Below are positions 27,012 through 40,059 of a stretch of 64,000 nucleotides of DNA, piece after piece. This DNA is from Octopus vulgaris (lineage: Eukaryota): positions 60,078,001 through 60,142,000 of the forward strand of contig OX597827.1 of the NCBI GenBank assembly GCA_951406725.2. Reading direction: 5' to 3'. The notes under the pieces were generated by a model that saw only the letters and a program-made list of their open reading frames with translations, ran no database searches and was not told where the DNA came from. The position numbers and the translations under genes are program-made. Numbering within the stretch: position 1 is the stretch's first letter; every line of letters starts with the position of its first letter.

Positions 27012-27720
27012 GAACATGAGAGTATCCTGGCCACATGCGAATGTTCTGGCAACGTGAGTGTTGCCTCGCTACATGAATAATTCGGCCACATGGAGTGTTT
27101 TGATCACATGAAAAAGTCTTGGTCACATGAAATGGTCTCAACATATGATGGTGTTCCGACAACGTGGCAATATCCTTGTCACATGACGTTCCATTGATAA
27201 GGGAATTTTTTTACCTCTTGAGAGTGTGCTGGCCACACGTGACTGTCCTGGTTACATATGATGGAAGCACTCCGTCGGTTACGACGATGAGGGTTCCGGT
27301 TGATCCGAATCAACGGAACAGCCTGCTCGTGAAATTAACGTGTAAGTGGCTGAGCACTCCACAGACACGTGTACCCTTAACGTAGTTCTCGGGGATATTC
27401 AGCGTGACACAGAGAGTGACAAGGCCGGCCCTTTGAAATACAGGTACAACAGAAACAGGAAGTAAGAGTGAGAGAAAGTTGTGGTGAAAGAGTACAGCAG
27501 GGATTACCACCATCCCCTGCCACAGCCTCGTGGAGCTTTAGGTGTTTTCGCTCAATAAACACTCACAACGCCCGGTCTGGGAATCGAAACCGCGATCTTA
27601 TGATCGCGAGTCCGCTGCCCTAACCACTGGGCCATTGCGCCTCCACTGGTTACATATATATATTATATATTGTGGCTACATGATAATGTCTTAGCTACAC
27701 GAGATTGGTCTGACCACTAG
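27012..27720. repeat. Degenerate 18-19-bp minisatellite centred on CACATG, split by SINE B
   Basis: GGCCACATG, GATCACATG, GGTCACATG, TGTCACATG and GGCTACATG recur at about 19-bp spacing. Confidence 0.7.
27260..27645 (-). mobile_element. tRNA-derived SINE family B with a 12-bp TSD
   Basis: CTGGTTACATAT at 27248-27259 and 27646-27657; A-box TGGCCCAGTGG, B-box GTTTCGATTCCC. Confidence 0.92.
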
Positions 27721-28544
27721 AATAACCTAAAGTGATGAGGACAGGATACGAACTTTGTCCACTCCTATCAACTCTTGTTTTATATCTTTCTGTACCACTT
27801 GTTCAATCTCATTGAGATTCTGTACAGGCAATGTTGAAAATATAATGAGAGAGAGAGAGAGGGGGGGAGTAGAATGTACAGGACTGCTCCAGCAGGTCAC
27901 TAAATACTTGATCTGAATATGTGATACATTTACCGAGAAGTTGTTCAACAGGAACTGTTTAGAATTAATTCTAGAAATAACTACACTGCAAGCAAACAGA
28001 TTATTAGATTAAAGTTTATTAAGTACATCTGTCCTTGTTTGTCACGGGGCTTGGTTCCCCTATCCCACCCTCTATGGGAAAAATCAGCGATAATTGAATC
28101 AGCGATAAATGAATCATCTCTAAGGATTTTGTGACTGGAATGAATGGTAGATTCATTGACACCAAACTCGCAACCTTCATCGACGAAGCTTCCTCTGTCA
28201 TGTATTTTCGTGATCTCATCCTTTTCCTGTAGAGAAATACATTCATGTGTCGTTTGTTAGATTTAGGTGCTTTCTTATCTTTTTATGTTCACTAGTCCCA
28301 TATTGGTGGATAGGAGTACGTAAATCCGTATTTGAAAAATACGCTGTCTCGCAGTGAAGTTATGTAAGCACAAAACATAGTCGTACATTCAGGGAAGCTG
28401 GGCATTGTGGACTATCACTGGGACACGTTTCTGCAGTTCACGCAGAACCTTTGACTGATCGCCGAGCTGTGTTGTCATAGGTTAATCCGTGATAAGTGCA
28501 ACATGGTTTACAATTGAGCATACCGTAATACTCTGCGATAGTAT

Positions 28545-29016
28545 TTATTTCTTTATTGTCCACAGGGGGCTAAAAATAGAGAGGACAAAAAAAGGGATTA
28601 AGTCGATTACATCGACCCCAGTGCATAACTGGTACTTATTTAATTGAAGGCGGCGAGTTGGCTGAAGCGTTAGCACGCTGAGGGAAATGCTTCGCGGTAT
28701 TTCTTCTGCGTTACGTTGTGAGTTCAAATTCCGCCGAGGTCAACTTTGCCTTGCATCCTTTCGGGGTCGATAAATTAAGTACCAGTTACGCACTGGGGTC
28801 GATGTAATCGACTTAATACCTATGTCTGTCCTTGTTTGTCCCCTCTGTGTTTAGCCCCTTGTGGGTAATAAAGAAATAGGTACTTATTTAATCGACCCCG
28901 AAAGGATGACAGGCAAAGTCGACTTTGGCTGAATTTGAACTCAGAACGTAACGGCAAACGAAATATCGCTAAGTATTTCCCCTGGGGTGCTAAAGATTCT
29001 GCCAGCTCGCCGCCCT
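28545..29016 (-). mobile_element. SINE C (-) containing a nested SINE C (+) at 28648-28878
   Basis: TSD GGTACTTATTTAATYGA at 28631-28647 and 28879-28895. Confidence 0.92.
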
Positions 29017-29258
29017 TTTAGTATTGGATGAATAAAAGAATGAACGCGGCTAGATATTTATAGCCATGCAGTTTAAAATTTCCCTTCACATTGAGATCGA
29101 AAGGTTCTGCATTCGATATCAATGCGTAGAACCATGGAAAAAGTGTATAAACTGCGGCTTCGATTAACAATGTCTTGTAAGTCGATTCCAATTTCTCTAG
29201 TTTTGGATCACCTTGATAACGTTGTGTTAACATAATTTTTCGGAAATATTAATATTAA

Positions 29259-29313
<55 letters not shown>

Positions 29314-29320
29314 TATTTAT

Positions 29321-29373
<53 letters not shown>

Positions 29374-29497
29374 GTTACTTTTGACAATCTTTTTCCAAAG
29401 AGTGAAACCGGTAAAGTAAATAAACATCTTTTAAATTGCATTTTCAAACCTTCTTTCGTATATAATTCCACTCATGCGGTACCCCACAACTCCACTT

Positions 29498-29565
<68 letters not shown>

Positions 29566-29669
29566 ATAGATAGGCAGACAAATAGACAGACAGACAGATA
29601 GATATACATGTATACATACATATAACATATGTGTGTGTGTGTGAATGAGTGAGAGAGAGAGAGAGAGAG

Positions 29670-29705
<36 letters not shown>

Positions 29706-29999
29706 TGTGTGTAGGTGTGTGTTTGTGCGTGTGTGTGTGCGTGTGTTAATACCATAAAAACAATTGTCGGCTTTTTAAAGGTGGATTCTACAATAAAGAT
29801 GTACTTGTAAAATTCTCTGAATGTCTCGAAATTCTTGTAAACGATATTTGGATCTACTTGCCGTACATGAGGATTTACCTTGGATGTGCATTCTACTTAC
29901 CTTTACTTGTGTCTGTTGGACATTGTTAACCATATTCTTTTAAATCTGAGTGCTTTATTTATATCTGCTTGGATTTTTTAATCCCTTGTTTCCCTTAGA

Positions 30000-30700
30000 C
30001 ATTGGAACAGCCATAACGTATTATTGAAGGTGAAAGTCGATATACATAAGTCGGTGGTTTAGATATCATTGCTTTATGGTGCTGAATCTTAGACGCTGTC
30101 CCGAAAGCACATGAACTAGCTTGATGCTTTTCATATGCGATGCTTGCGTACTATCTCCAACATAAAACCGAGTGACCATATTCGTAACAGTGAGGTGCTA
30201 ACAAAACGTAACAAATCAGATATTGAAGCCATCCTCATCAAAATACAGCTTAGATGGTCAAGATATCTCTCACGTATGAGTGATATCAGAATTACGAAGC
30301 AACTTCCTAGGTCTTGCGACAGAACGCAGAATCTAGCGCCAGGACTTTTTCTCCTCAGTTCAAAGATTTGAGCAAAGTCGACTCCAATATCGGGACCAAC
30401 TTCGTGCAAGAATAAAAGCACGCTAGCAAAACGCTGCACCTATAAATGGAAACTTTATTTATCTGTCATTGTGATTTTGTGACACGAGACAAAGCGGGCC
30501 TTGCCGTCCACTAAAAAAACAAAACACATAGTAAATGATCCACAAGTACTCGAACAAACTGAGTCCTAAACTTGTTCCATTGCCAAAAGGTCTGCAGGGC
30601 ACCAGTAGGCTTCAAGAGACACATTCGTACCCATAGAACGTGATTACCACTTTATTTTACTGAACACTCATTCGTCGTTCACGACGAAAGAACTCCATCA
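30000..30700 (+). pseudogene. Decayed 3' end of an RTE-clade LINE
   Basis: LLYGAES*TL...FHMRCLRTISNIK...QLRW...RMSDIRITKQL, and a C-terminal zinc-finger remnant CRAPVGFKRHIRTH near 30593. Confidence 0.85.
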
Positions 30701-30713
30701 TATATATATATAT

Positions 30714-32624
30714 ATACTTTGATACTTTGATACTTTGATAGGTTTCGGCCATTATTGGCCCAGGCCATGTCTAACTTAATAGCACCACCTGGTGAAGTCT
30801 TTCAAGTCAGAATTTGGGCACTATGGCCCACTCAAGTAGAGAGTTATTGTTTACAGAGACATATCCGGGTGTAGGGGGTTTATCCGGGATTTCTTGAAGG
30901 AATCTGTCCAAAGACTTCTTGAACCCTATAGGGTCAGTTTCTTTTTTAATGCGTTTTGGTGTAATGTTAAAGAGAGCGGGGCCAATTGAGGTGAAATAAT
31001 TGTGCCGTATTGTTGTTATGCGATGAGAGTGCGATTTTTGTTTTGGGCGGATGGCACGGGGCCCAAGCCTTGGATGTACCTTAAAGGTGATGCCAACATC
31101 ATTTGGGCAATGCTGATGGAATATTTTCCACATCATGCAGATGATGTAGCGCTCACGACGACGTTGGAGAGAATAGAGTTTTAGCTTTTCTAGTCGACCC
31201 CAATAGTCGAGGCCTGTCATGCCATCTATCTTTTTTGTGATTGCCCTTTGAGGTGCTTCAACTTTTATGATACCTTGTATTGTGTGGGGAGACCACAGTG
31301 GACAACAGTATTCAAGGTGGGGTCGGGCAAAAGTGGAGAAGAGAAGGATAATGGTGTGGATATCTCTCGACTGGAAAGTTCTGAGAATCCAGGAACACAT
31401 TCTGTGGGCCATATCAACTTTGGTGTTTATATGAGTGGCCCAGCTTATGTTGTTGTCCACAATTACTCCCAAGTCTCTGATGTTGTTGGACGCCGCGAGA
31501 GTTTCACCTGAAGGAAGTGAGTATGGGAGTTTCAGGGCATCCTCATTTCCAAAGTGGATTAATTCAAATTTATCCTCGTTCAGCAGCACATTGTTTTTTT
31601 CTGCCCATTGGATAACAGCCAGTAGATCTGACTGAAGGCATGTCCGGTCACTCGCCTCATTTATGACCTTCTGTAGCTTGGAATCATCTGCAAAGATTTT
31701 TATGTTGCTGTGCTTGATGATGTCATTAATGTCATTAATGTAAATGATGAAAAGAAGTGGGCCCAGCACAGTGCCTTGCGGAACGCCACTACTGACTTTG
31801 GCTGGGCTTGATTTTACCCCTTCAACTACAACATGTTGAGATCTGTCTGTCAGGAAACACTTGATCCATTTCAGTAACTTTCCAGAGACACCAATGTTGG
31901 ATAGTTTTTTCAATAGGATCTTGTGATCGACCCTGTCGAAGGCCTTACTGAAATCAAGGTAGATGACATCGGTGTTGGAGCCCTCTCCCAAAGCTCTCAA
32001 AATGTCATCAAAGTGATGCAGGAGCTGCGTTAGGCAGTCCCTTCCATTACGGAACCCATGTTGGTTAGAGATCAGCCGTCTGTTGCTTTCCAGAAATTGG
32101 GTTATTCGAGATCTCACCACCCTCTCAAATACCTTGATGATATGAGAGGTGAGTGAGATCGGACGGTAGTTCACTGCAAGGGACTTGTTTCCCTTTTTGA
32201 AAACTGGGACAACAGACTGGGACAGAAGGTTTTTTGGAATATAGCCAGCATCCAGTGAGTTTCTCCACAGATTAGCAAGGGGAGATGCAAGTTGGTGTCG
32301 ACACACCTTCAGGACACAAGCAGGGAACCTATCGGGGCCTACTGCTGAATTGTGTTTTATTTCGTTTATCGCCGCTAAGACATCAGGGGCACTAAACGTT
32401 ATGTCCGATATAGTGTGTTGGTGGTTGACATCACTGATACAGCCCAGATCGGCCATATCAGGATTGCTGAAAACAGAGCAGTATTGTTTCTGCAGTATCT
32501 CGGCCATGGATTTGGCATTATCTTGGAGAGTGCCATTTTCATCAGTTAGAGGGCCAACAGTGGAGACAGTGACCCTGCGTTTCCTCGCAAATGAAAAGAA
32601 CACTTTGGGGTTGAGTTTGATTTT
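30714..32624 (-). mobile_element. 5'-truncated CR1-group LINE inserted in (TA)n, with an 8-bp tandem tail
   Basis: Tail (CAAAGTAT)3 at 30714-30740, 3' UTR of about 65 bp, no endonuclease domain, TA repeats on both flanks. Confidence 0.92.
30807..32603 (-). CDS. Non-LTR retrotransposon ORF2 reverse transcriptase (N-terminally truncated; no true start codon)
   Basis: 598 uninterrupted codons with [39 protein letters not shown] and RPHLEY; the frame continues upstream (KIKLNPKV) into the microsatellite. Confidence 0.95.
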   Translation of the reverse strand: MFFSFARKRRVTVSTVGPLTDENGTLQDNAKSMAEILQKQYCSVFSNPDMADLGCISDVNHQHTISDITFSAPDVLAAINEIKHNSAVGPDRFPACVLKVCRHQLASPLANLWRNSLDAGYIPKNLLSQSVVPVFKKGNKSLAVNYRPISLTSHIIKVFERVVRSRITQFLESNRRLISNQHGFRNGRDCLTQLLHHFDDILRALGEGSNTDVIYLDFSKAFDRVDHKILLKKLSNIGVSGKLLKWIKCFLTDRSQHVVVEGVKSSPAKVSSGVPQGTVLGPLLFIIYINDINDIIKHSNIKIFADDSKLQKVINEASDRTCLQSDLLAVIQWAEKNNVLLNEDKFELIHFGNEDALKLPYSLPSGETLAASNNIRDLGVIVDNNISWATHINTKVDMAHRMCSWILRTFQSRDIHTIILLFSTFARPHLEYCCPLWSPHTIQGIIKVEAPQRAITKKIDGMTGLDYWGRLEKLKLYSLQRRRERYIICMMWKIFHQHCPNDVGITFKVHPRLGPRAIRPKQKSHSHRITTIRHNYFTSIGPALFNITPKRIKKETDPIGFKKSLDRFLQEIPDKPPTPGYVSVNNNSLLEWAIVPKF

Positions 32625-32655
32625 TATATATATATATATATAATTTATATATATT

Positions 32656-32689
<34 letters not shown>

Positions 32690-32774
32690 TATATATATAT
32701 ATACATATATATATAATTTATATATATATATATATATATAAATAAATATATATATATATATATACATATATATA

Positions 32775-32832
<58 letters not shown>

Positions 32833-33067
32833 TTCTATACAAATAAGGATAAGATCGTTATTTTAAATAACGATCAAATCAAGTAGCAGCTGGGAAAGAA
32901 AATCCTTATAGGTTATAATTATTATTAAAATTATAAAAAGGGTATCTAAGAGATACCACCATGCTTGAAATAGCAGTCAAAACTTGACTCTAAAGACCAA
33001 CATCAACTATTCAATACAGCACAAGGTGAAAAAACAAATAGATAAATAAACTAGTGAAAATTGGATA

Positions 33068-33125
33068 ATTCCAGACCCTGGGTTTCTGACTCTTTATAAA
33101 AATACTTTACCTTCGTCAATGAAAT
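33068..33125 (-). ncRNA. Decayed type I hammerhead
   Basis: atttca-TTGACGA-(26 nt, poorly paired)-GAAA-cccaggg-TC-tggaat. Confidence 0.5.
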
Positions 33126-33661
33126 ATGCCAAGAATTTTACACAATTACATATACATACGCACAAATATACGAATATTCACGAAAACGCACGCGTGTATA
33201 GATATATATATATATATGTACGTGTATACAACGATCAGCTCAGTTATCCATCCAGACACCATATGCTGTATGGTCAAAATACCACCGCAGTGAATATAAT
33301 GACGAAGTGAATACACAAACACACACACATACACACACACATATACACACATTCATGCATTTATGCATGTATATATATATATATATATATATACATAAAT
33401 ATAGTGAGTAAAAATATACATATATATAAACATATATATGTACATAGATGTATATATATGTACATATATAGGCTTATATATATGCATATACATCCATATT
33501 TATATATACACACACACACAAATATATGTATATATATATATATATATACACTCAAACTACACACGCACAACTTCGTTGTTCATATTTCCCCTTTACGCCC
33601 ACTTACCAATATATGTGTGTGCGTATACATATATACATACACACATATGTATGTTTATATA

Positions 33662-33716
<55 letters not shown>

Positions 33717-33989
33717 GTGTATATACATGTGCGTGTGTGTGTAAGTTTTAAAGAAAATGTAACTACTCACAGATAAGTACCAAATCTATTTTCATAACAA
33801 GAAATCGATTATTTAATGGACATTCGATGCAAATCAAGCTACATATTTATTGATTGATTACTAGTGTGTCCGCTCTTGTATCTCTGAAGTTAAACAGTCC
33901 AGATTTCTCTTTTATCAATACATACATACATACATACATACAGACAGACAGACAGACAGACATGCATACATACATACATACACACACAT

Positions 33990-34058
<69 letters not shown>

Positions 34059-35157
34059 CATATATCGTATCATTTACAGTTTGTATGTGTGTGTTGTTGT
34101 TGTTATTTTCAAAATGCTATTTTTTTCTCTTGGTCTGTTGTGGCATTTGACTGGGTATGTATACGTTAGCCGAGTTTACGAATAATGTATTATTACAATT
34201 ACAAATACATTTACACATATACACACACACAAAATCATACACACACATACACACACATGTATTCATACATACATACAAGGACATACATGCAAGCATAGGC
34301 ACATACATATACACATACATACGTATACATGTATAAAAACATAGACATACACGTATACATACAAGTACAGACACATATACACTCATTCATACATTCATAA
34401 TGCATACATACATATATCTACAAAAATGTATAAGCACATACATACAGACACACATGCATACATACACACATGCCTACATACATGTATACGCACGTATATG
34501 CATACATACAAATACACATACGTACATACACATACACACATCATACAGACACTCCTACACACATACATACGCACATACTTATATACATACATATACCCAC
34601 ACACGTACGCGTATACATATATATATGCATACATCTATACGCGCGTCCGTACACACAAGCACACATACATGAACACATTCATACACATACAATAATATTA
34701 TATTTGCAAGATACTAGTGTTTACAATACGAAGTAATAATGTACATCCCAAGTTCGATCCTACCACATGTATATCACGGACAAGTATCTGTTACTATAAT
34801 CTCAGATCCACCCAAGCCGTGGGAGTGAAACTAAACAAACGGAAACTGTAAGGAAGCGCTTCGAAAGAACTGTATCTATGGGCATGTCTCTTTTGTTTTA
34901 TGAAAATCAATTTTGTTTAGTAATACGTAAATAATTAATTGCAATTTGAAAATCACCACAACGCTTTTACTATAAGCAACTTCATATGCGTTTGTGTTAA
35001 CTCTGCAACACTGACGACATCCAGTTACACCGAAACGTACACGTTGCTATCAACAAAGATCTAAGTTTTTCTTTAACAATGACTACTGAGATGCTTTGAA
35101 ATCAATTATAAACTTCTTTATGAGCCACTAGCATCTGTCACTGGTATTTGTCATATA

Positions 35158-35960
35158 ACTGTGTGAGAGGTTGCAGAGAGATTAAATGTATCACTCACAA
35201 CAATTGAAAATCAGTTAAAATGTCTTGGGCTCGTTAAGAAGCTTGATATTTGGGTTCCACATCAATTGAAAGTGATCACTTAATACAACGAATCAATATT
35301 TGCGATATGCATCTCAAACGCAATGAAATCGACCTTTTTTTGAAAAGAATCATCACTGGTAATGACAACTGGATTATCCGTATTAACATCGATCGAAAAC
35401 GATCATGTCCAAACGTAATGGACCAGCACAAACCACACTGAAAGCTGAATTGCATAAAAAAGGTCATGCTGTCAATTTGGTGGGATTACAAAGGTGCTGT
35501 GTATTTTGAGCTGCTTCCAAGGAACCAAACAATCAATTCAGACATTTACTGTCAACAACTAATGAAACTGGAGAAAAAACGACTAGAATTAGCAAATGGT
35601 AAAGGAATCGTGCTCCACCACGACAACGCTAGATTACACATGTCTTTGCTAACTCGTAGAAAGTTATTGGAGCGTGGTTGGGAAGTGATGTCACATCTAC
35701 CATATAGCCCTGACCTTGCACCATCAGATTGTAGTTTGCAAAATTCTTTGAATGGTAAAACTTTCAATAATGATGATGACATGAAATCGCATTTGTTTCA
35801 GAAGTTCTATGAGCGCGGAATTATGAAGTTGCCAGAAAGATGGCAAAAGGTCATCGAAAGAAAATGGAAAATATATAATTGTTTAAAGTTCATTCCTTGT
35901 ATGAAAAAAAATATTGACTGTTATTTCACGCTAAAAAACCGAAATTACTTTCTTACCAAC

Positions 35961-35966
<6 letters not shown>
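35158..35966 (+). mobile_element. 5'-truncated, decayed mariner transposon
   Basis: WVPHQL, RIITGNDNW, MLSIWWD, HHDNAR, YSPDLAPSD and LPERW motifs; 3' TIR AAAAACCGAAATTACTTTCTTACCAACCCAA|TA. Confidence 0.92.
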
Positions 35967-36019
<53 letters not shown>

Positions 36020-36027
<8 letters not shown>

Positions 36028-36345
36028 TAGGGGGAAACCACTATGTGGACACCCTTAAGCTAGAAATAGATAGAAAAAGCAATAAAAATATGGATTATTG
36101 CTTTTTCTTTTGTCTTGCTCGATTACGTTTTGGTTGTTTTACTAATTTTTTCTTGAGAACATTTCTTAGTGGTAAGACTATAGTGGATCTATTTCTAGCA
36201 TAAGGGTGTCCACATAGTGGTTTATCTCTAATATGTATATAATACAATTTTACTGAACCTTCAGTTTTTTATATGCTAGACCACTGTTGTGAAATCAATG
36301 TTAATTAAATTAATATCTAATTTCTCACCCTCATTTTAAATTTTA
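36020..36345. mobile_element. Short repeat with inverted arms (same family as 13260, 56936-57620 and 61544-62120)
   Basis: AAACCACTATGTGGACACCCTTAAGCTAGAAATAGAT pairs with ATCTATTTCTAGCATAAGGGTGTCCACATAGTGGTTT. Confidence 0.7.
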
Positions 36346-36961
36346 TATATATATATATATATACGCACACACGCGCACGCACAACCATTTATGTGTGCGT
36401 GTGAGTGCTGCATGCGTGCATGCGTGCGTGTGTATGTGTGTTTATATGTGAGTATGTGTGTATAAAGACCTGACACAAAAACAAGAACCATGGCCTGTCA
36501 TTAGAGTGAAAACAACACAAGATAGAATAATAATTCCCTTTAAAGACTAGGTGTGAACAGCCGGTGTCAGGTGGAAAACAATACCAGGACAATAATAAGG
36601 CTACCGGATTACTCACTCAGGTCAGGCAGACTTCTGTGTTATTAACATAATCGGAGTGGACTTGACAACTTCGTCTGTTCCACCCCGCCACCCGACGACA
36701 ATACGATACGATGAGAGTGAGGGAGAGATGGGTGAGTGATGTTGAAAATATGGTGTGCATTGAGTGTAGTGGTGGTTGTTTTAGTGACGGTGGTGGTAGT
36801 AGTAGTACTAGTAGTGTTGGTTGTGATATACATATCTCTCACTATATTGAGAAAATTAAAGGAGTGGAAGACCCTTTAATTATCTCTCATTCTCTGATTC
36901 GCTAGCCTCTGCACGCATTTTTTTTCTCTCCTTGTTTCTCTCCGTGTTTCTTTTCTGTGTA

Positions 36962-36999
36962 TCTTTCTGTTGAAGAGCGTAGGCTCGAAACGTAAAAGA
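36962..36999 (+). ncRNA. Minimal hammerhead-like motif with an A6U core (CUGUUGA)
   Basis: tcttt-CTGTTGA-a-gagc-gtag-gctc-GAAA-CG-TA-aaaga; perfect stems I and II. Confidence 0.65.
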
Positions 37000-37212
37000 C
37001 TTGTTTTATTTATATTCCTGAGCGCCATACTAATACAATTGTTTGTTTGCATTCCACCTGCCCTCGTCTTTTGTTTATTTTCATAAAGCTTCCCGATATA
37101 TATATATATATATATTTATACATACATACATACATACATACATACATACATACATACATACATACATACATACATACATACATACATACATACATACATA
37201 CATACATACATA

Positions 37213-37671
37213 AAGCTGAAGGTCAGTGGAAAAGAGAATGCTTACACTTAACTATTGAGAAATCTGCAACTACTCTATGCAGATTACGACTTCAGGTTTA
37301 AATTTGTTATTATTGGGGCACTGGGATATGTAACATGGTGTCTAAATAGCAATCTTGAGAAATTAGGCTTCTCAAAACCAGAAAGGAGAAAGCTGCTTCG
37401 AAGACTGCAGATCCAATCCATCACTAGAACTGTAAAAATCTGTAAAACTTTTCAGAAATTTATCATTTAAGTATATATGCGCATGTCTAGATATGCAACT
37501 ATATGTATGAGAATACATACATAAAGGAAAACATGCGCATCTGTACGTATACATACATAGAAAAATAGCCTGTTGACGTTGTTGAAATTCCAATAAAGGA
37601 CCCTTGGATCTAGGTTAGAAACCAGTTCTTTCTCAACTGGCAAAAAATTTTGAAATAAAACTGAATAATGA
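37213..37671 (+). mobile_element. 3' end of a Dong/R4-like (RLE) LINE inserted in (CATA)n
   Basis: KENAYT*LLRNLQLLY...FVIIGALGYV...CKTFQKFII* resembles the RLE C-terminus (K..KY..L...IIIGALG); about 200-bp 3' UTR with AATAAA. Confidence 0.8.
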
Positions 37672-37774
37672 CATACATACACACACATATAGTATATTTG
37701 TATATATATACACAAGTGAATAGATAAACGAAAGAAGGGCACATTTATTGGGAGTTACATGTATGGATCAAATT

Positions 37775-38170
37775 AGTTTGATTAAACTCTTTGGTACACT
37801 GAGTTTCAAGCGTGTCGCTAGTCTTCGATCATTGAGTCTGAATGAAAATTCGATTGAAGAGATTCAATGTTTCTTATTGTGTGGTGTCGCAGTTTGATGT
37901 TGTCCAACTGCCCTCCATCCACGCGACCGATTTCCTGTCCACCATGCAGTTGATTTCCTTCTTGTTCACCATGCGGTATTTTCCAAAGTAATTGTTGTCG
38001 CTGAAATACCAACATCAAACTGCAACAGCGCGTAACCTTTCTCGACCAATCGCAGGTTAACATCCAATAGTAAACATTAACTCTCTTCAATCGAACTTTC
38101 ATTCAGACTCAGTGGCAGATGACTAGCAACACGCTTGTAACTCAGAGTACCAAGGAGTTTGACTCAAACT
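37775..38170. mobile_element. MITE with imperfect TIRs of about 88 bp
   Basis: AAACTCTTTGGTACACTGAGTTTCAAGCGTGT...TGAGTCTGAATGAAAATTCGATTGAAGAGA is mirrored at 38082-38170. Confidence 0.8.
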
Positions 38171-38177
38171 GTTTTCA

Positions 38178-38242
<65 letters not shown>

Positions 38243-38929
38243 ACGCTTATCTGATGTTGCCGAAAAGAGCGCCGAAACACTTGTCAGATTGGAGTTCTTC
38301 TGAAGATCTTTCCTAGTGTGCGGTGGGCTTGCGACAAGTTTGTTATTTGTGTATGCGAGTGCGTATGTTTATGCGTACGTGCGCACACGCGTGTGTGTGC
38401 GTACACTCGCCTATGAAAAGTTTTTACTGAACTGTTGGTTTTATTTTGGTAGAGATGTTTCTTTTTGTGGTAATTCGATATATTTTCTCTTCTTTGAGAT
38501 TCCATATGTTAGTTTAATTGTGCTTTTGGGTTAATCGTAAATTTAATTTGATGAAACACACCGATGAAAATAATTAACAAAATAAACTGTCGACGAAGTT
38601 ATACGGGGTAAGTATGTGTACTGGATAGGTGGGAGCCAATGTGAGCGATAGCCAAGTCAGAGCTTCTTTCTTTTGTTTTTTTTTAGTCGAAAATCATTTG
38701 AATGACCCGAAACACTCAAATTCTCGAAAATAGTCTACCATCCGTCTATTTCACTGTAAGACTTTAGCTGAAAAACGGTCTTTTATTTTAAGAAGCTGGA
38801 GTCTTGTGCCATTACAACGGCTTGTTGTTAACCATTCAACACAATCACGGTATCAGATCTCTGAAATGGGCTGTTCAAAGCTCCAGTTTGAATCTAATAC
38901 AACACATATAGTTCAACATTATAAATACC

Positions 38930-39163
38930 TATTTCTTTATTACCAACAAGGGGCTAAACACAGAGGGGACAAACAAGGACAGACATAGGTATTAAGTCGA
39001 TTACATCGACCCCAGTGCGTAACTGGTACTTAATTTATCGACCCCGAAAGGATGAAAGGCAAAGTCGACCTCGACGGAATTTGAACTCACAACGTAACGG
39101 CAGATGAAATACCGATAGGCATTTGGACCGGCGTGTTAACGTTTCTGCCAGGTCACCGTCTTA
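38930..39163 (-). mobile_element. SINE C with a 17-bp TSD
   Basis: TCAACATTATAAATACC at 38913-38929 and 39164-39180. Confidence 0.92.
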
Positions 39164-39229
39164 TCAACATTATAAATACCACATACTTAACGTGTGTTGT
39201 TTAAGTACCAGAAGCTACGGTTTATTGTC

Positions 39230-39750
39230 CGCCGAAAAGCCCTTTTATAAACGTAAAGTATTCAAAATAGAATATATTTCAGAGCTAGGCTAAACGAAAT
39301 ATCCCCCAAAGTGTTCACGAGAGTGACAGATACGTATTTCGTTGTAATTGCGGCTTCTCAATATAGCGCATACTGCACACTAGAAGTGCTTATGAAGCGA
39401 AATCGAAATTTCTAGCCTGAAGTATATACTGAAAGTGTGAAAACTCTCTTAGGATTTGGAATAGCACTGCACAAAAAGGTTGCGAACAAAATAGTCAAAA
39501 GGTTAAATAGACATAATGCTGAAAGAAGCATTGACAAAAGTATGGATAAACATTGGCTTAGTTTGTCATGGATAATTTGAGCAAATCCATGCCTAATCGG
39601 GTGAAAGCCGTGATATTAGCTAAAGGAGGGCCTACAAAATACTGAGACAAAGTTTCACTGATTTCGGGTTAATTTTTCATCAAGTTATTTCAAGTTATAT
39701 TAAAGTTGCGTCTTAATATCCTGGTTCTAAAGTTTCTGTAGACTGCTGTA
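39230..39750 (+). pseudogene. Decayed 3' part of a Tc1 transposon
   Basis: SMPNRVKAVILAKGGPTKY* ends at 39645; terminus ...GACTGCTG|TA. Confidence 0.85.
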
Positions 39751-39914
39751 TATATTTACACACACACACACAACACACACACACATATATATATATATAT
39801 GTGTATGTATGTAGATTTGTACGAGGATGTATATATATATATATACCTACATCCATACACATATATTTATGTATATACATTCATAAACACACACGTATAC
39901 ACACACACACATAC

Positions 39915-39956
<42 letters not shown>

Positions 39957-40003
39957 ACTCCATCCATATATATATGTATGTATATACATTCATACACACA
40001 CAC

Positions 40004-40059
<56 letters not shown>

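Noticed and set aside
35005-35047. Further hammerhead-like strings (35005, 38247, 44077, 49513, 53378, 53490, 2320-2358 minus)
   Set aside because: Partial cores without convincing stems; possibly decayed copies, but too weak to call.
35466-36203. 245-aa transposase ORF as a functional gene
   Set aside because: Lacks the N-terminus, has deletions and substitutions at conserved motifs, and reads through into TA repeats.
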